Source of the DNA: a phage
Sequence record: PZ445419.1
Direction: 5' to 3' (one strand)
Length of the DNA: 44,882 nt
The notes beneath the pieces are model-generated. The model saw only the letters and a list, made by a program, of their open reading frames with translations, was not told the origin of the DNA and ran no database searches. A program made the position numbers and the translations under genes. Position 1 is the stretch's first letter. Every line of letters begins with the position of its first letter. Below, one piece after another: positions 9,363-19,600 of this stretch.

Positions 9363-10088
9363 ATGGGTTATCAACTTCCCAACGGGTCCAGCGTCCAGAT
9401 CGGGTCCGTATTAGGCAGCGGCATCGCGGTTACGGCAGCTACCAACGCCGCCGCGTCGATCTCCGACCTTACGCAAGGTTGCGTAATTACCTGCGCGGCT
9501 TCGCATGGTCTGGTTGTTGGCGACGTTGTTATGTTCACTAAAACCCCGTGGGTTCGAGCGCTTAACCGCGCGTTCATCGTGGGTAAAGTGGACACCAACG
9601 ACGTTACGCTGGCGCGCTTCGACACCGAAGACGTCACAAAATACCCGACCGGCGCTTTCAGCGTAGGCACTCCAGGCGAAGTGGTGAAGGTGTCGGGCTT
9701 TATCGACTTCCCTTTCATTACTAACGTTGCCGTGTCTGGTGGCGACCAGCAGACGACTACCTTCCAGCCGTTGCAGGTGAACACCGCAATCAGTCTGAAC
9801 ACCACGAAAAACCCGTTGGTACAGACTTACACTTTCACCCACGACGAAGAAGACCCGATCCGCCCAATCCTGGAAGACCTGGACGACACACAGAAAACCA
9901 CTGTGATCAAGTTCACGAACCCAGCGGCAGCAAGCGGCAAAGGTGAGATCCGTATTTACCCGGCAAAGGTATCTTTCCAGAAGATTCCTTCCGCTGAAGT
10001 AAACAACGTGGAAACGGTGCAGTCCACTCTGACCATGCAGTCTGATATGGTTATCTACCGTAAGGACCTGGTCGAGGCGTTGTCTTGA
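9363..10088 (+). CDS. major tail protein
   Basis: 241-aa ORF upstream of chaperone G/GT and tape measure; followed by a strong terminator. Confidence 0.7.
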   Translation: MGYQLPNGSSVQIGSVLGSGIAVTAATNAAASISDLTQGCVITCAASHGLVVGDVVMFTKTPWVRALNRAFIVGKVDTNDVTLARFDTEDVTKYPTGAFSVGTPGEVVKVSGFIDFPFITNVAVSGGDQQTTTFQPLQVNTAISLNTTKNPLVQTYTFTHDEEDPIRPILEDLDDTQKTTVIKFTNPAAASGKGEIRIYPAKVSFQKIPSAEVNNVETVQSTLTMQSDMVIYRKDLVEALS

Positions 10089-10118
10089 TTTGGTCGCTTA
10101 AATAGCGAGTGTTAATAT

Positions 10119-10142
10119 GGGGCCAGCAAGGCCCCTTTTTTT
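10119..10142 (+). terminator. intrinsic terminator after major tail gene
   Basis: GGGGCC-agcaa-GGCCCC followed by TTTTTTT. Confidence 0.65.
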
Positions 10143-10158
10143 ATTGGAGAATACTACA

Positions 10159-10521
10159 ATGGCTAAAGCACCACTCTTTACACTTGACCCTAAGCCGACC
10201 TTTAAGCTGCCGATTGAGATCCCGCGCCCTGGTGAGAACGAACCAGGCAAGATGACGTTTACCGTCCGCCACCGCCCTATCGACGAATTTTCGCAGACCA
10301 TGCAGGACACCGAACGCAAGTTGTCGGAGTATGACGACAATGACCCGGACGGCTTTAACGTTATGGTCGAGGCCATCATGCACGTCGCAGAAGGCTGGAA
10401 TCTGCCGGACGAATTTAACGCGGAGAACGTCCGCCGCCTGGTGGTCAACTATCCACGCGCGTTCGGTGTGTTCCACACTTCGTACTATCTCGAACTGATG
10501 GGATTGCGTGAAAAAAACTAA
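10159..10521 (+). CDS. tail assembly chaperone (G-like)
   Basis: 120-aa ORF between major tail and tape-measure genes; ATG 10159 with GGAG RBS preferred over the track start 10117, which lies inside the upstream terminator hairpin. Confidence 0.65.
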   Translation: MAKAPLFTLDPKPTFKLPIEIPRPGENEPGKMTFTVRHRPIDEFSQTMQDTERKLSEYDDNDPDGFNVMVEAIMHVAEGWNLPDEFNAENVRRLVVNYPRAFGVFHTSYYLELMGLREKN

Positions 10522-10835
10522 TTGAGGCGGCGCGACGCTTTTATGGTCCGCCGCCACCCTCCGAAGATTTAGCCGCAAGTTTATGGGGTGCGACCCCCGA
10601 AGATGTTTGTCCGCCTGTTGCGCTGTGGCCTGACAACGCGAAGATAGTCGCAGTCTTCACAGATTGCGCCACGCAATGGCGCACCGGATTTGGTGGCGCA
10701 TACGGCATCGACTACGGCGTGCTGGAGTGGTTATTTAAGATGCACGGTATCGAAAACGAGCAGCGCGCGTTTAAAGATATCAAGCTAATGGAACGAATCG
10801 CGCTTGATGAGATGGCGCAGCAGAACCCCGCATAA
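10159..10835 (+). CDS. tail assembly chaperone GT-like fusion made by -1 programmed ribosomal frameshift
   Basis: Slippery heptamer A_AAA_AAC at 10512-10518, two codons before the G stop; the -1 frame is open for 106 further codons to TAA 10833-10835 and has no ATG of its own. Confidence 0.55.
10512..10518 (+). other. -1 programmed frameshift slippery site (A AAA AAC)
   Basis: X_XXY_YYZ heptamer inside the run GAAAAAAAC at the 3' end of the G-like gene. Confidence 0.55.
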
Positions 10836-10839
10836 TGAA

Positions 10840-11156
10840 GCGGGACAGGCGGGACGTCCCGTTTTGTCCCACCCCTGTGAAACTGCATACCTACTCACTT
10901 CCATTGCATAATATAAAAGCGGGACAAGCGGGACGTCCCGTTTTGTCCCACCCCACAAAAGTGCATACGTATTCGGTTTTCGTGCATAAAACAAACGGGA
11001 CAAAAAGCGGGACAAACACTAGGCGGGACAAAGCGGGACAGCACCCCGTCCCAGCCAGTGCTGCCGCGGTTTTCAGCCGATCGGGACAGCGGGACAGCAC
11101 CCCAGTCTTTCAGACTAGACGGGGGTCAATGGCCCCCCTCGTCTGAGACTGAATAA
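10840..11156. repeat. iteron-like array of GCGGGACA repeats with GGGACGTCCC dyads, ending in a conserved 57-bp palindrome (module copy 1)
   Basis: About 13 GCGGGACA/GGGACG/TGTCCC copies at 9-12 bp spacing; an imperfect 80-bp tandem duplication (10846-10995); the last ~140 bp is homologous to 38930-39069. Confidence 0.8.
11100..11156. repeat. 57-bp palindromic element, copy 1 (identical to 39013-39069)
   Basis: CCCCAGTCTTTCAGACTAGACGGGGGTCAATGGCCCCCCTCGTCTGAGACTGAATAA; nested dyads CAGTCT/AGACTG, AGACG/CGTCT, GGGGG/CCCCC around a TCAATGG loop. Confidence 0.8.
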
Positions 11157-11219
11157 GGTTTGTTTTGAAATCGCTGATACAATATACATCGGCAACTGCA
11201 TAAAAAAGGGGACTGCATA

Positions 11220-13862
11220 ATGGCAGATCAGGCAGCAGGCATCACGCTAAAGGCTGATGTTGCACAAATCAGAACGGCAAATACTGTGCTGGACTCCTTC
11301 GCACAGAAATCCGAGAACACAGAAAACAAGGTTAAGAAATTAAACGACACCCTCGGCAAATCCAAAAAGGTGACGAGTGACGCCGCGGGCGGAATGGAAA
11401 AGCTGGCAAACGAATCGCAGCGCGCCGCCGATGGCATGACGAAACAGGAGCGACTCGCCAACAGGTTAGGGATGTCGACTAAAAACCTGGGCTTTGCCTC
11501 GCGTAACGCCGCATTCCAGCTACAGGATATTGCGGTAACGCTTGAGATGGGTATGCCGGTTCACCGCGTCATGCTTCAGCAGTTACCGCAGCTAACTGGG
11601 GCGTTCGGTGGACTGGGTAACACGCTGCGTTATGTTGCGGGCTTCCTCGGCCCAGTAGGGATCGGCCTCGCCGCCGTAACGGCAACGTTAGGCGTGGGCG
11701 TGGCAATTACGTCCCGCGCAGAGAACCAGGTCGCCGCGCTTAACAAGACGCTGGCGCTGTCAGGTAACATTTCCGGCCTGACGGCAAACCAGATCCTGGT
11801 GCTATCCGAGAACGCCGAGCGCATGGGCGGGTCGTTCCGCAAGACGCGTGACACAATCCAGGCGCTGGCGGCGGCGGGTGTGAAAGCGGGTGGTGACTTC
11901 GGCGCATTGGCTAAGGTAGTTAATGACTTTGCGAAGGTGTCCAGCCAGCCGATCGAGGATGTGGTAGCGGCGGTGGCGAAGCTGTCAACCGACCCCGTTG
12001 GCGGACTGCGTGCGCTGGCGGATAAGTATCACGTCGTAAACGAAGCGCAGATCCAGCAGGTACAGTCGCTCGTTGATGCGGGTCGTGAGACAGACGCAGT
12101 TGCGCTGGCTAACAAAACAGCCGCCGCGTCGTTTACCACTATGACCAATGAGATCAAGTCCAACATGGGTACGCTTGAGCGGTCGATGAACGTCGTTACA
12201 TCGGCAGCTAAATCTATGTGGGATGCCATCCTGGATGTCGGGCGCGCGCAGTCCTCGAATGAGTCAGAGATGAAAGCGCGTGAATCATTGCAGCGACTGA
12301 CCACGGCTTACTATGCCGAGATGAAAGCGGTAAACGCTGCCGGTGGGGTGATGACCGAAGCGCAGAAAGCGCGTATTAACATGCTTTACAGCGAACTGGT
12401 AGCCCAGGAAAAAGTAGTGGCGTCGCTCACCCTGCGCAACCGTGCCGAGCGGGACAACGCCAGCGCCGCGGACGCAGCAGCAAAGGCGAACGAAGAGGCA
12501 AACCGCACCGCCCGCGACCGCGCTGCGTTCGAGAAGGAGTACGCAACCAACGCGAAGAGGCGCGCCGACGAGATCGCCCGCCTAAATTTGCTTAATAAGC
12601 GCGGCGTGATTGACGAGAAAGAGCTTGCCGAGGCGGTGAAGCAGGTAAACGAGCGTTACAAAGACCCCGCCCCGAAGAAGGCCGCCGCTGTTCGAGTCGA
12701 TGCCGGGCTGAAAATGCTGGAAGTCGCGCGAAGCGAATTAGCCCAGCTTCGTGAGTCTGGAAAGCAGATCGAAGCCAACGCATCGACGCAGACCCGCACG
12801 CAACGCGCGCAGGCGGCCCTAAACAAGCTGATCGCGGATAATGAGCAGTTAATCGCAGCAAGCAAAGAAAGAGCACTAACGGCAGCAGAAAAGCAGCAGA
12901 TGGTCGAATTCGGACGCGTGAAGGAAGTACGCGAGCAGATCGTCGAAGAAGCCAAATTGCTGGACGCGAAAGAGAAGCAGGTCAAGGCGCACGCGCAGAT
13001 CGACGCCTTCGTTAAGAACCAGAACGCCGAGCTAAAAGCCACCGCGGCGGGATATGCGCTTTCCACTCGCGAAGCGGCTAACCTGCGCGAAGAATTGCAG
13101 CTGATTGACCGCCTTAAGCGGGTGGGTGCTAGCGATACCGATATTGATCTGGCGGTGTCTAAGCTGCGCGAAGTGCAGGAAGCACAGACCGGTGCTAACG
13201 CCTCGCTGTGGGATGGCTTCAGCCGCGGGCTTAAGGATAGCGTGGATGAAATGGGTAACGGTTACACGCAGATGACGTCACTCACAAAATTCACGTTCGG
13301 CGCTATGCAGGACACAATGAATGAGTTTTTCGAGACTGGCAAGCTGAACGCAAAAGATATGGTTAAGTCCATCCTGAGCGAATTAATCAAGCTGGCTACA
13401 TCGCAAGCATTCAAGTCCATCGTTAGCGCTTTCGGTGGCGACGGCGGCAAAAACGGATTGTTCGGCGCTATCTTCTCCGGCCTCACTAAGAATGCGGACG
13501 GCGGAGCGTACGCAGGGGGCAATCTCGCGGACTATTCGGGGCAGGTGGTAAGCCAGCCCACCTTTTTCAGTTATGGCGTACAGGCGTTCGCTAAGGGCGC
13601 AGGATTGATGGGGGAGGCCGGACCCGAGGCCATCATGCCGCTGAAGCGCGGGCCAGACGGGAAACTGGGCGTTGCCGCTGCCGGTGTAGGCGGGGGGATG
13701 ATTGTAACGACCAACGTTAACATGGGGACCGGTAAGACGGATACCAGTGTTAGCGGACCAGACCCGCGCACCGCGCAGGCGTTCGGGAAGCAAATCACCG
13801 AGTCGGTCAAGGCCGAGATCGTGAAGGCGACGAAACCGGGTGGTGTACTTTACAAACGGTGA
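11220..13862 (+). CDS. tail tape measure protein
   Basis: 880-aa ORF, Ala/Gln/Lys/Glu-rich helical composition, located after chaperone G/GT and before the distal tail genes. Confidence 0.85.
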   Translation: MADQAAGITLKADVAQIRTANTVLDSFAQKSENTENKVKKLNDTLGKSKKVTSDAAGGMEKLANESQRAADGMTKQERLANRLGMSTKNLGFASRNAAFQLQDIAVTLEMGMPVHRVMLQQLPQLTGAFGGLGNTLRYVAGFLGPVGIGLAAVTATLGVGVAITSRAENQVAALNKTLALSGNISGLTANQILVLSENAERMGGSFRKTRDTIQALAAAGVKAGGDFGALAKVVNDFAKVSSQPIEDVVAAVAKLSTDPVGGLRALADKYHVVNEAQIQQVQSLVDAGRETDAVALANKTAAASFTTMTNEIKSNMGTLERSMNVVTSAAKSMWDAILDVGRAQSSNESEMKARESLQRLTTAYYAEMKAVNAAGGVMTEAQKARINMLYSELVAQEKVVASLTLRNRAERDNASAADAAAKANEEANRTARDRAAFEKEYATNAKRRADEIARLNLLNKRGVIDEKELAEAVKQVNERYKDPAPKKAAAVRVDAGLKMLEVARSELAQLRESGKQIEANASTQTRTQRAQAALNKLIADNEQLIAASKERALTAAEKQQMVEFGRVKEVREQIVEEAKLLDAKEKQVKAHAQIDAFVKNQNAELKATAAGYALSTREAANLREELQLIDRLKRVGASDTDIDLAVSKLREVQEAQTGANASLWDGFSRGLKDSVDEMGNGYTQMTSLTKFTFGAMQDTMNEFFETGKLNAKDMVKSILSELIKLATSQAFKSIVSAFGGDGGKNGLFGAIFSGLTKNADGGAYAGGNLADYSGQVVSQPTFFSYGVQAFAKGAGLMGEAGPEAIMPLKRGPDGKLGVAAAGVGGGMIVTTNVNMGTGKTDTSVSGPDPRTAQAFGKQITESVKAEIVKATKPGGVLYKR

Positions 13863-13869
13863 TAAAATG

Positions 13870-13897
13870 GCCCTCACTACAACGTGGGGGCTTTTTT
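13870..13897 (+). terminator. terminator-like hairpin between tape measure and distal tail genes
   Basis: GCCCTCAC-tacaac-GTGGGGGC (one G-U pair) followed by TTTTTT, ending at the ATG of the next gene. Confidence 0.45.
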
Positions 13898-14497
13898 ATG
13901 TCACAAGGTACAATCACACTAACTAAGGGAAGTAAGACCATCACAGGCGTGGGAACCGCGTTCCTGAGCGAGATCGGGAAGGTCCGCGTATTTACCCACA
14001 TCGACGGCAACGACTACACCGGAAAAATTGCGGAATTCAACTCTAACACCGTCATCACCCTGGCGGATAACTGGGCCGGACCGACAAAAGCCGGTGCAGC
14101 TTATGAGCTAATCGAAGCGCACGACCCGCGATCAAACGAATGGCCCTATTACTGGCACATGCAATTGCAAGGCGGCGGGGACGTGCAGTTAGCTTTCCGG
14201 TCCGAGGAATTGCAATTTGGTAACGGTTACGGTCAGAACATCGCGGACGGCCCGAACGCCGAAACGAAACAGTTCCCCGTGCAATTCATCGGACTGACTA
14301 CTGACAAGTGGTGCAACCCTAAACTGGTTTACAACTTCCTTCGCGGGCACTTCGTCAAACCGTTTGTCGTCACCGCGCCGGATGGCGAAACAGGTTTATT
14401 CGTGGTCGAGCGTTCGAGCTTGTCGTACACTGACAACGGGCACTACACGGCAACGGTATCCGCCACCCTTAAGACTGCTATTGGATTCGTAAGATGA
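13898..14497 (+). CDS. minor tail protein (lambda gpM-like position)
   Basis: 199-aa ORF after the tape measure gene; ATG 13898 chosen over track start 13859; N-terminal 22 aa resemble the tail-fibre N-terminus. Confidence 0.55.
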   Translation: MSQGTITLTKGSKTITGVGTAFLSEIGKVRVFTHIDGNDYTGKIAEFNSNTVITLADNWAGPTKAGAAYELIEAHDPRSNEWPYYWHMQLQGGGDVQLAFRSEELQFGNGYGQNIADGPNAETKQFPVQFIGLTTDKWCNPKLVYNFLRGHFVKPFVVTAPDGETGLFVVERSSLSYTDNGHYTATVSATLKTAIGFVR

Positions 14498-15282
14498 ATA
14501 AACTATATCGCGAGGCGACGCGCTTTGACCCATCGGGACGCGTTCGCCTGATTCACATTGACGCGCAGGACGTGGAACCCGGCGACGGCGCGATCGGCGC
14601 GGGTCATCACTATTTTCACTATTGCTTTATCCCGCACACTGCCGAGGATATTGCCGCCGCAGGCGGTGACGAGGACAAGCTAAAACCTAAATCCATCTTC
14701 TTCGGAGGGCAGGAGTTCGAATTTTGGCCCTTCGATTTGTCTGGCCTCAACTTCTCCACATCAACGGCAGCAGAACCGCAGCTAACTATTGTCGATATTG
14801 GTGGCATAATCACCCGGCTATCACTGAATCACGACCAGCTACTTGGCGCGAAGGTTGAGATCATTGATACGTTCGCGAAGTTCCTGGATAACGGGACAGA
14901 TCCAGACCCGACGCAGAAACGAGTTCAGGAGTATTACATCGACTCCCAGGTGGGCCGAAATCCGGGCAAGCAAATTACCTTCGCACTATCCTCGCCTGCG
15001 GATATGGAAGGGCAGGTCGTTCCCCGTCGCCAAATCATGAATATGTGCGAGTGGGCGCTCAACGGGAAGTACGCCAGCGGGGACGGGTGCACCTGGAACC
15101 TTGCGAAGCCTGGTATAAAGTATTATGACGAGCGAGGTAATGAAGTCATCGCGATGAACATGGACCGATGCGGCGGCTGTTTGTCCGACTGTTATCTTAG
15201 ATTTGGGCAAGGGCTTGCGGACCCTAAAGCGGCGGTGCTGGACTTCGGCGGCTTTCCGGGGTCCAGATTAATTAAGGGGTAG
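14494..15282 (+). CDS. minor tail protein (lambda gpL-like)
   Basis: 262-aa ORF overlapping the previous stop, in conserved M-L-K-I-J order. Confidence 0.65.
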   Translation: MNKLYREATRFDPSGRVRLIHIDAQDVEPGDGAIGAGHHYFHYCFIPHTAEDIAAAGGDEDKLKPKSIFFGGQEFEFWPFDLSGLNFSTSTAAEPQLTIVDIGGIITRLSLNHDQLLGAKVEIIDTFAKFLDNGTDPDPTQKRVQEYYIDSQVGRNPGKQITFALSSPADMEGQVVPRRQIMNMCEWALNGKYASGDGCTWNLAKPGIKYYDERGNEVIAMNMDRCGGCLSDCYLRFGQGLADPKAAVLDFGGFPGSRLIKG

Positions 15283-15284
15283 TC

Positions 15285-16025
15285 ATGTTAACGAAGAAGG
15301 TTAAAAGCGATATCGCCGCACACGTCGCGGCATGTCTGCCGGAAGAAGCCTGCGGCCTGGTTGTCATGGTGGGCCGTAAGCAAGTATTCGTCCCGTGCCT
15401 TAACGTGTTTGAAGACCCCACCGGCGCGCGCTCGCGAAAGGACGCGTTTACAATTAGTGATATGGCCTGGATGGATGCCGAGGATATGGGCGACGTAGTG
15501 CGCGTAGTCCACTCGCACCCAGGTCAGCGCGAGTTAACCCCGTCGTTGGGCGACGTTAACGGATGCAACGGCAGCGGCGTCGTCTGGACCATCACTAACG
15601 AATATGGCGACTTTATCGAGATCGACCCGGAAGACCCGCCGCTGGTGGGTCGCCGATTTGTTCTCGGAATTACGGATTGTTATGGCCTCGTTATGGACTG
15701 GCACAAAAAGCAGGGAGTAAATTTGCCAGACTTCCGCGTGCCGTACAACTGGTGGGAGACCGGGGAGAACCTGTACATGGATAACTGGTACGGTGCAGGC
15801 TTCAGAGAATGCGAGGAGAATACGCCTGGGGCGATGGTCATCATGCAGATTAGCGCGCCAGTGCCTAACCATGCCGGAATCTACCTTCCGGGCAACCAAC
15901 TACTACACCATATCTACGGCAGCCTGTCGAGCGTGATACCCTTCCGGGCAGGATTTTTCCGCGACAATGTGGTTAAATGGGTACGTCATAAAGACCTACC
16001 GGGGAATATCACAGAATGGCAATGA
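15285..16025 (+). CDS. tail assembly protein (lambda gpK-like, JAB/MPN plus NlpC/P60-like)
   Basis: 246-aa ORF with JAMM-like metal motif HSHPGQRELTPSLGD and a downstream Cys/His-containing region. Confidence 0.7.
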   Translation: MLTKKVKSDIAAHVAACLPEEACGLVVMVGRKQVFVPCLNVFEDPTGARSRKDAFTISDMAWMDAEDMGDVVRVVHSHPGQRELTPSLGDVNGCNGSGVVWTITNEYGDFIEIDPEDPPLVGRRFVLGITDCYGLVMDWHKKQGVNLPDFRVPYNWWETGENLYMDNWYGAGFRECEENTPGAMVIMQISAPVPNHAGIYLPGNQLLHHIYGSLSSVIPFRAGFFRDNVVKWVRHKDLPGNITEWQ

Positions 16026-16633
16026 CCACATTTAAATTGTACGGCGTCTTAGGACGTCGTTTTGGTAAAGTGCATAAGCTGGACTGCTTCACTCCGGGCG
16101 AGGGTATCACCGGCCTGTGCGTGAAGTTACCCGGCTTACAGGACTTTCTAATGTCGGCCCACCTGGACAATATGATGTTCAAGGTGCGCAAAGGCGACCA
16201 CACGATGACCGGCTATGATGAGCTGGGCGAGTTCCACGGCAACCGCGTAGTGACCATCGCGCCGGTTATGACTGGTGCAAAAAGCGGACTGGGCCAATTG
16301 CTGGCGGGTGTAGCAATCGTGGTGGCGTCGTTCTATACCGGCGGGCTTGCGACTGCCGCTTTCGGAGCTTCAGCCGCAACCGCGGCCTCTATCGGCGCAG
16401 CGACGTTTTCGTTCGGGATGTCGATGGCGCTGGGGGGCGTTATGCAATTGTTATCACCGCAACCGAAAGGATTGCAGACACGGCAGGACGTGGATAACAA
16501 GGCGTCGTACGCGTTTGGCGGACCGGTGAACACAACCGCGCAAGGCACGGCACTTGGTGTATTATGGGGCGAGCGTGAGATCGGCGGCGCTATTATTTCA
16601 GCCGGAATCGTAACCGAGGACTTGAACGAATGA
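16016..16633 (+). CDS. tail assembly protein (lambda gpI-like)
   Basis: 205-aa ORF with Gly/Ala-rich hydrophobic C-terminal half, overlapping K-like and J-like genes. Confidence 0.6.
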   Translation: MAMTTFKLYGVLGRRFGKVHKLDCFTPGEGITGLCVKLPGLQDFLMSAHLDNMMFKVRKGDHTMTGYDELGEFHGNRVVTIAPVMTGAKSGLGQLLAGVAIVVASFYTGGLATAAFGASAATAASIGAATFSFGMSMALGGVMQLLSPQPKGLQTRQDVDNKASYAFGGPVNTTAQGTALGVLWGEREIGGAIISAGIVTEDLNE

Positions 16634-19600
16634 CGATTATCTACGACGTCACTGGGCATAAAGGCGGCGGCGGCAAACAGCACACCCCGCAGGAAACGCC
16701 GGATAGCCTGCATTCCCTGGCTAAAATCCGCATCTTGCTTGCGCTAGGGGAAGGGGAATTCGAAAGTATTACCAGCGCAAGCGAATTGCGGCAGCGTGTA
16801 TACCTGGACGGCACGCCGATCCAGAACGCCGACCTGTCGGAAAACTTCCCCGGCGCTCGTGTGGAGTTCCGCCCCGGCACACAGCACCAGGATGTGATCC
16901 ACGGATTTTCAGCGGTGGAAAGTGAGCAGTCAGTCGGAGTAAAACTGGAAAACGGCACGCCGTGGGTGCGCCAGATTAATGACACCAGTCTTGACGCCGT
17001 GCGCATTCGAATCGGCATTCCAGCTCTGTACACAAACGAAGATAATGGCGACCTGGTGGGCGGGCGCATCGACTATAAGATCGTTGTGTATACGGATAAC
17101 GCAGACCCGCGTGAGTTCAGATTCGCCGCCGTTGGTAAAACAATGTCGCTATATGAGCGCGACCACCGCATCGAATTACCGCCGAACGTGAATACCGGCT
17201 GGCGGGTGGAGGTGCACCGCATAACGGCAGATTCCACATCGGCGAAAGTGGTGAACGATATTCAGGTACAATCAATCACTGAGATTATCGACGCCCGCCT
17301 GCGATACCCGCTAACCGCGCTGTTGTTCGTGGAGTTCGACGCTAAAGCGTTCCAGAACATCCCGCGCGTATCCATTAAGTGTAAAGGCCGCAAAGTGCTG
17401 GTTCCGAACAACTACGACCCGATTAATCATACCTATTCGGGCGACTGGGACGGTACGTTTAAACGCGCATGGACGGATAACCCCGCGTGGCACTGGTACG
17501 ATATTTGTATTACTGAGCGCTTCGGCCTCGGTCGGCGTATCAAACCGCAAATGTTAAACCGCTACGCGCTTTACCAGATTGCGCAGCGCTGCGATCAGCT
17601 GGTCAGTGACGGCAACGGCGGACGGGAAATCAGATTTAAGAATGATATGTACATCCAGTCACAGACGGATGCCTGGACCGTGCTTAAGGATTTAGCCGCT
17701 ATCTTTGCCGGTATGACCTGGTGGGGAAATCAGATGTTGAATATCGTCAGTGACCAACCGGTCGCAGCGGTGTCGCACACTATCACCAACGCCTCTGTCA
17801 TTGATGGTCGATTCGACTACGCATCTGGCAGCCAGAAAACTCGCTATTCCACATTCGCGGTAGCATACGGCAATCCGAAAAACCACTACGAAGACGCCAT
17901 CGCAACGGGCCAACGTGTCGAACTGGTGCGCCGCCATAAGATTAACCGTCTTGATATCACGGCGATCGGCTGTACGCGTGAGTCAGAAGCGCAACGACGT
18001 GGGCACTGGGCGCTAATCTCCAACCAGCTTGACCAGCAAGTTAGCTTTAAGGTTGGCATGGAGGGACTTTTCTTTATTCCGGGTAGCGTAGTCGCGATCG
18101 CGGATACAAACATTTCTGGCGGCTTCGAGACACGCGGCGGTCGCCTGTTGTCAGATCCTGGCACGCGGACTGTGCTGAACACAGACAGCGAAATCACGTT
18201 CCGCCCTGGGGATAAATTCCTGGTACGCACCGATAGCGGTAATGTGGAGACTCGCGAGATTGCCAGCGTCAACGGCAACAAGGTTACGCTAAAAACCGCA
18301 CTGGACGCCGACCCGATTCCTGATCAGCCGTTTTGCGTCGATGGCAACGATATCCAGTTGCAGAAGTTCCGCATCACCGACCTGGAATATGACGACTCTA
18401 CCAGCACTTTTTCAGTGCGCGGGATCGAATACAACGATAGCAAATATGATGCCGTTGATAATGGCGCTCGCCTTGACCCAGGCATCTTTACGCAAGTTCC
18501 TGACGGCGTAATGAAGGGGCCGGAGTCCGTGACCATTACCCCGTCGCAGATTTCATCGCAAGGCCAGCTAATCACCAACGTGGATATTGTGTTCCCGCCG
18601 GTGAAGGATGCCGTTGTTTATGAGATCCAGTGGCGACGTACCAGCTTGCAGAATATGGCGGTACAGTGGGGAAACGACTGGGTAAACATCCCACGTACGG
18701 CATCGAACGGCGCGCACATCCCTAACGTGTTTTCAGGCAATTATCAGGCACGCGTCCGCGCGATCGGTATGGGCGAGATTTCATCCCCGTGGGTGTCTTC
18801 TGCCATCACGCCGGTGGAAGGTCGTCTCGGCGGTCTTAACGCGCCTATCATCACCAACGCGATTTCGGGCCTTCACCAGATTTTGTGGAAGTGGAACCAC
18901 AATAACGCCGCGACGGATATTTCGTATACCGAGCTTGAGGTCCGCAAGACGGGCGAAACGGAATGGAAGTTCTTAACCAACGTCCCATATCCAGGGGCGG
19001 AGTATGCACAAACGTCGCTGGAGTTCGGCATCTATCAGCAGTTGCGCGCCCGTGTAGCGGATAAAATCGGCAACCTGTCGGACTGGTCGGACCCGTTTGA
19101 AGGGCAGGTGAGTGACAATGTTGACGAGTATATGAAGGGGCTGGACGACGAGTTCTTGACTTCTGAGGACGGTAAACGCTTCCAGGAAGCGATCGACACC
19201 ATGCCGCAAGGCATTTATGAGGCTATGCTCACCGACGCACAGCAATTGTTTAACGCCCGCGCCGAGTACAAGGGGATTTATGCAGAAATCTCGGTCGCGT
19301 ATAACGTGGCGGCAGATGCCCACCAGGCGGTAGCGCAACTGGAAACGTTGATCGGTACTCGCCTTGACGATGCGGAAGCGGCAATCCACACGTTGCAGAC
19401 CGCGCAGAGTACGCAGGAACAAGCGTTCGCCCAGTACCAGCAAACGGTTGCCGCTAAGTTTTCGGAACAGGAAGCCGCCATCCAGTCAGTGCAAACGGCA
19501 ACGGCGGACGTAGCGGGCGCTCTGGCGGAGTATAAGACCCAGGTCGCGGCACAGTTCGGTCAGCAGTCCGCCGCGATCGAGCAGAAGATGACGTCTTCGT

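Noticed and set aside
10835-11146. 103-aa ORF reading through the GCGGGACA array and ending ...PVFQTRRGSMAPLV (track ORF); its ATG overlaps the GT stop
   Set aside because: Made entirely of the repeat array; the 80-bp tandem duplication is read in two different frames (so no repeat-encoded peptide is conserved) and the C-terminus is just the 57-bp palindrome in one frame. Best explained as a chance ORF through GC-rich repeats.
10840-11156. Possible CRISPR array or solitary CRISPR-like repeats
   Set aside because: Repeat unit is only 8-10 bp at irregular 9-12-bp spacing, with no spacer-sized unique segments and no cas genes.
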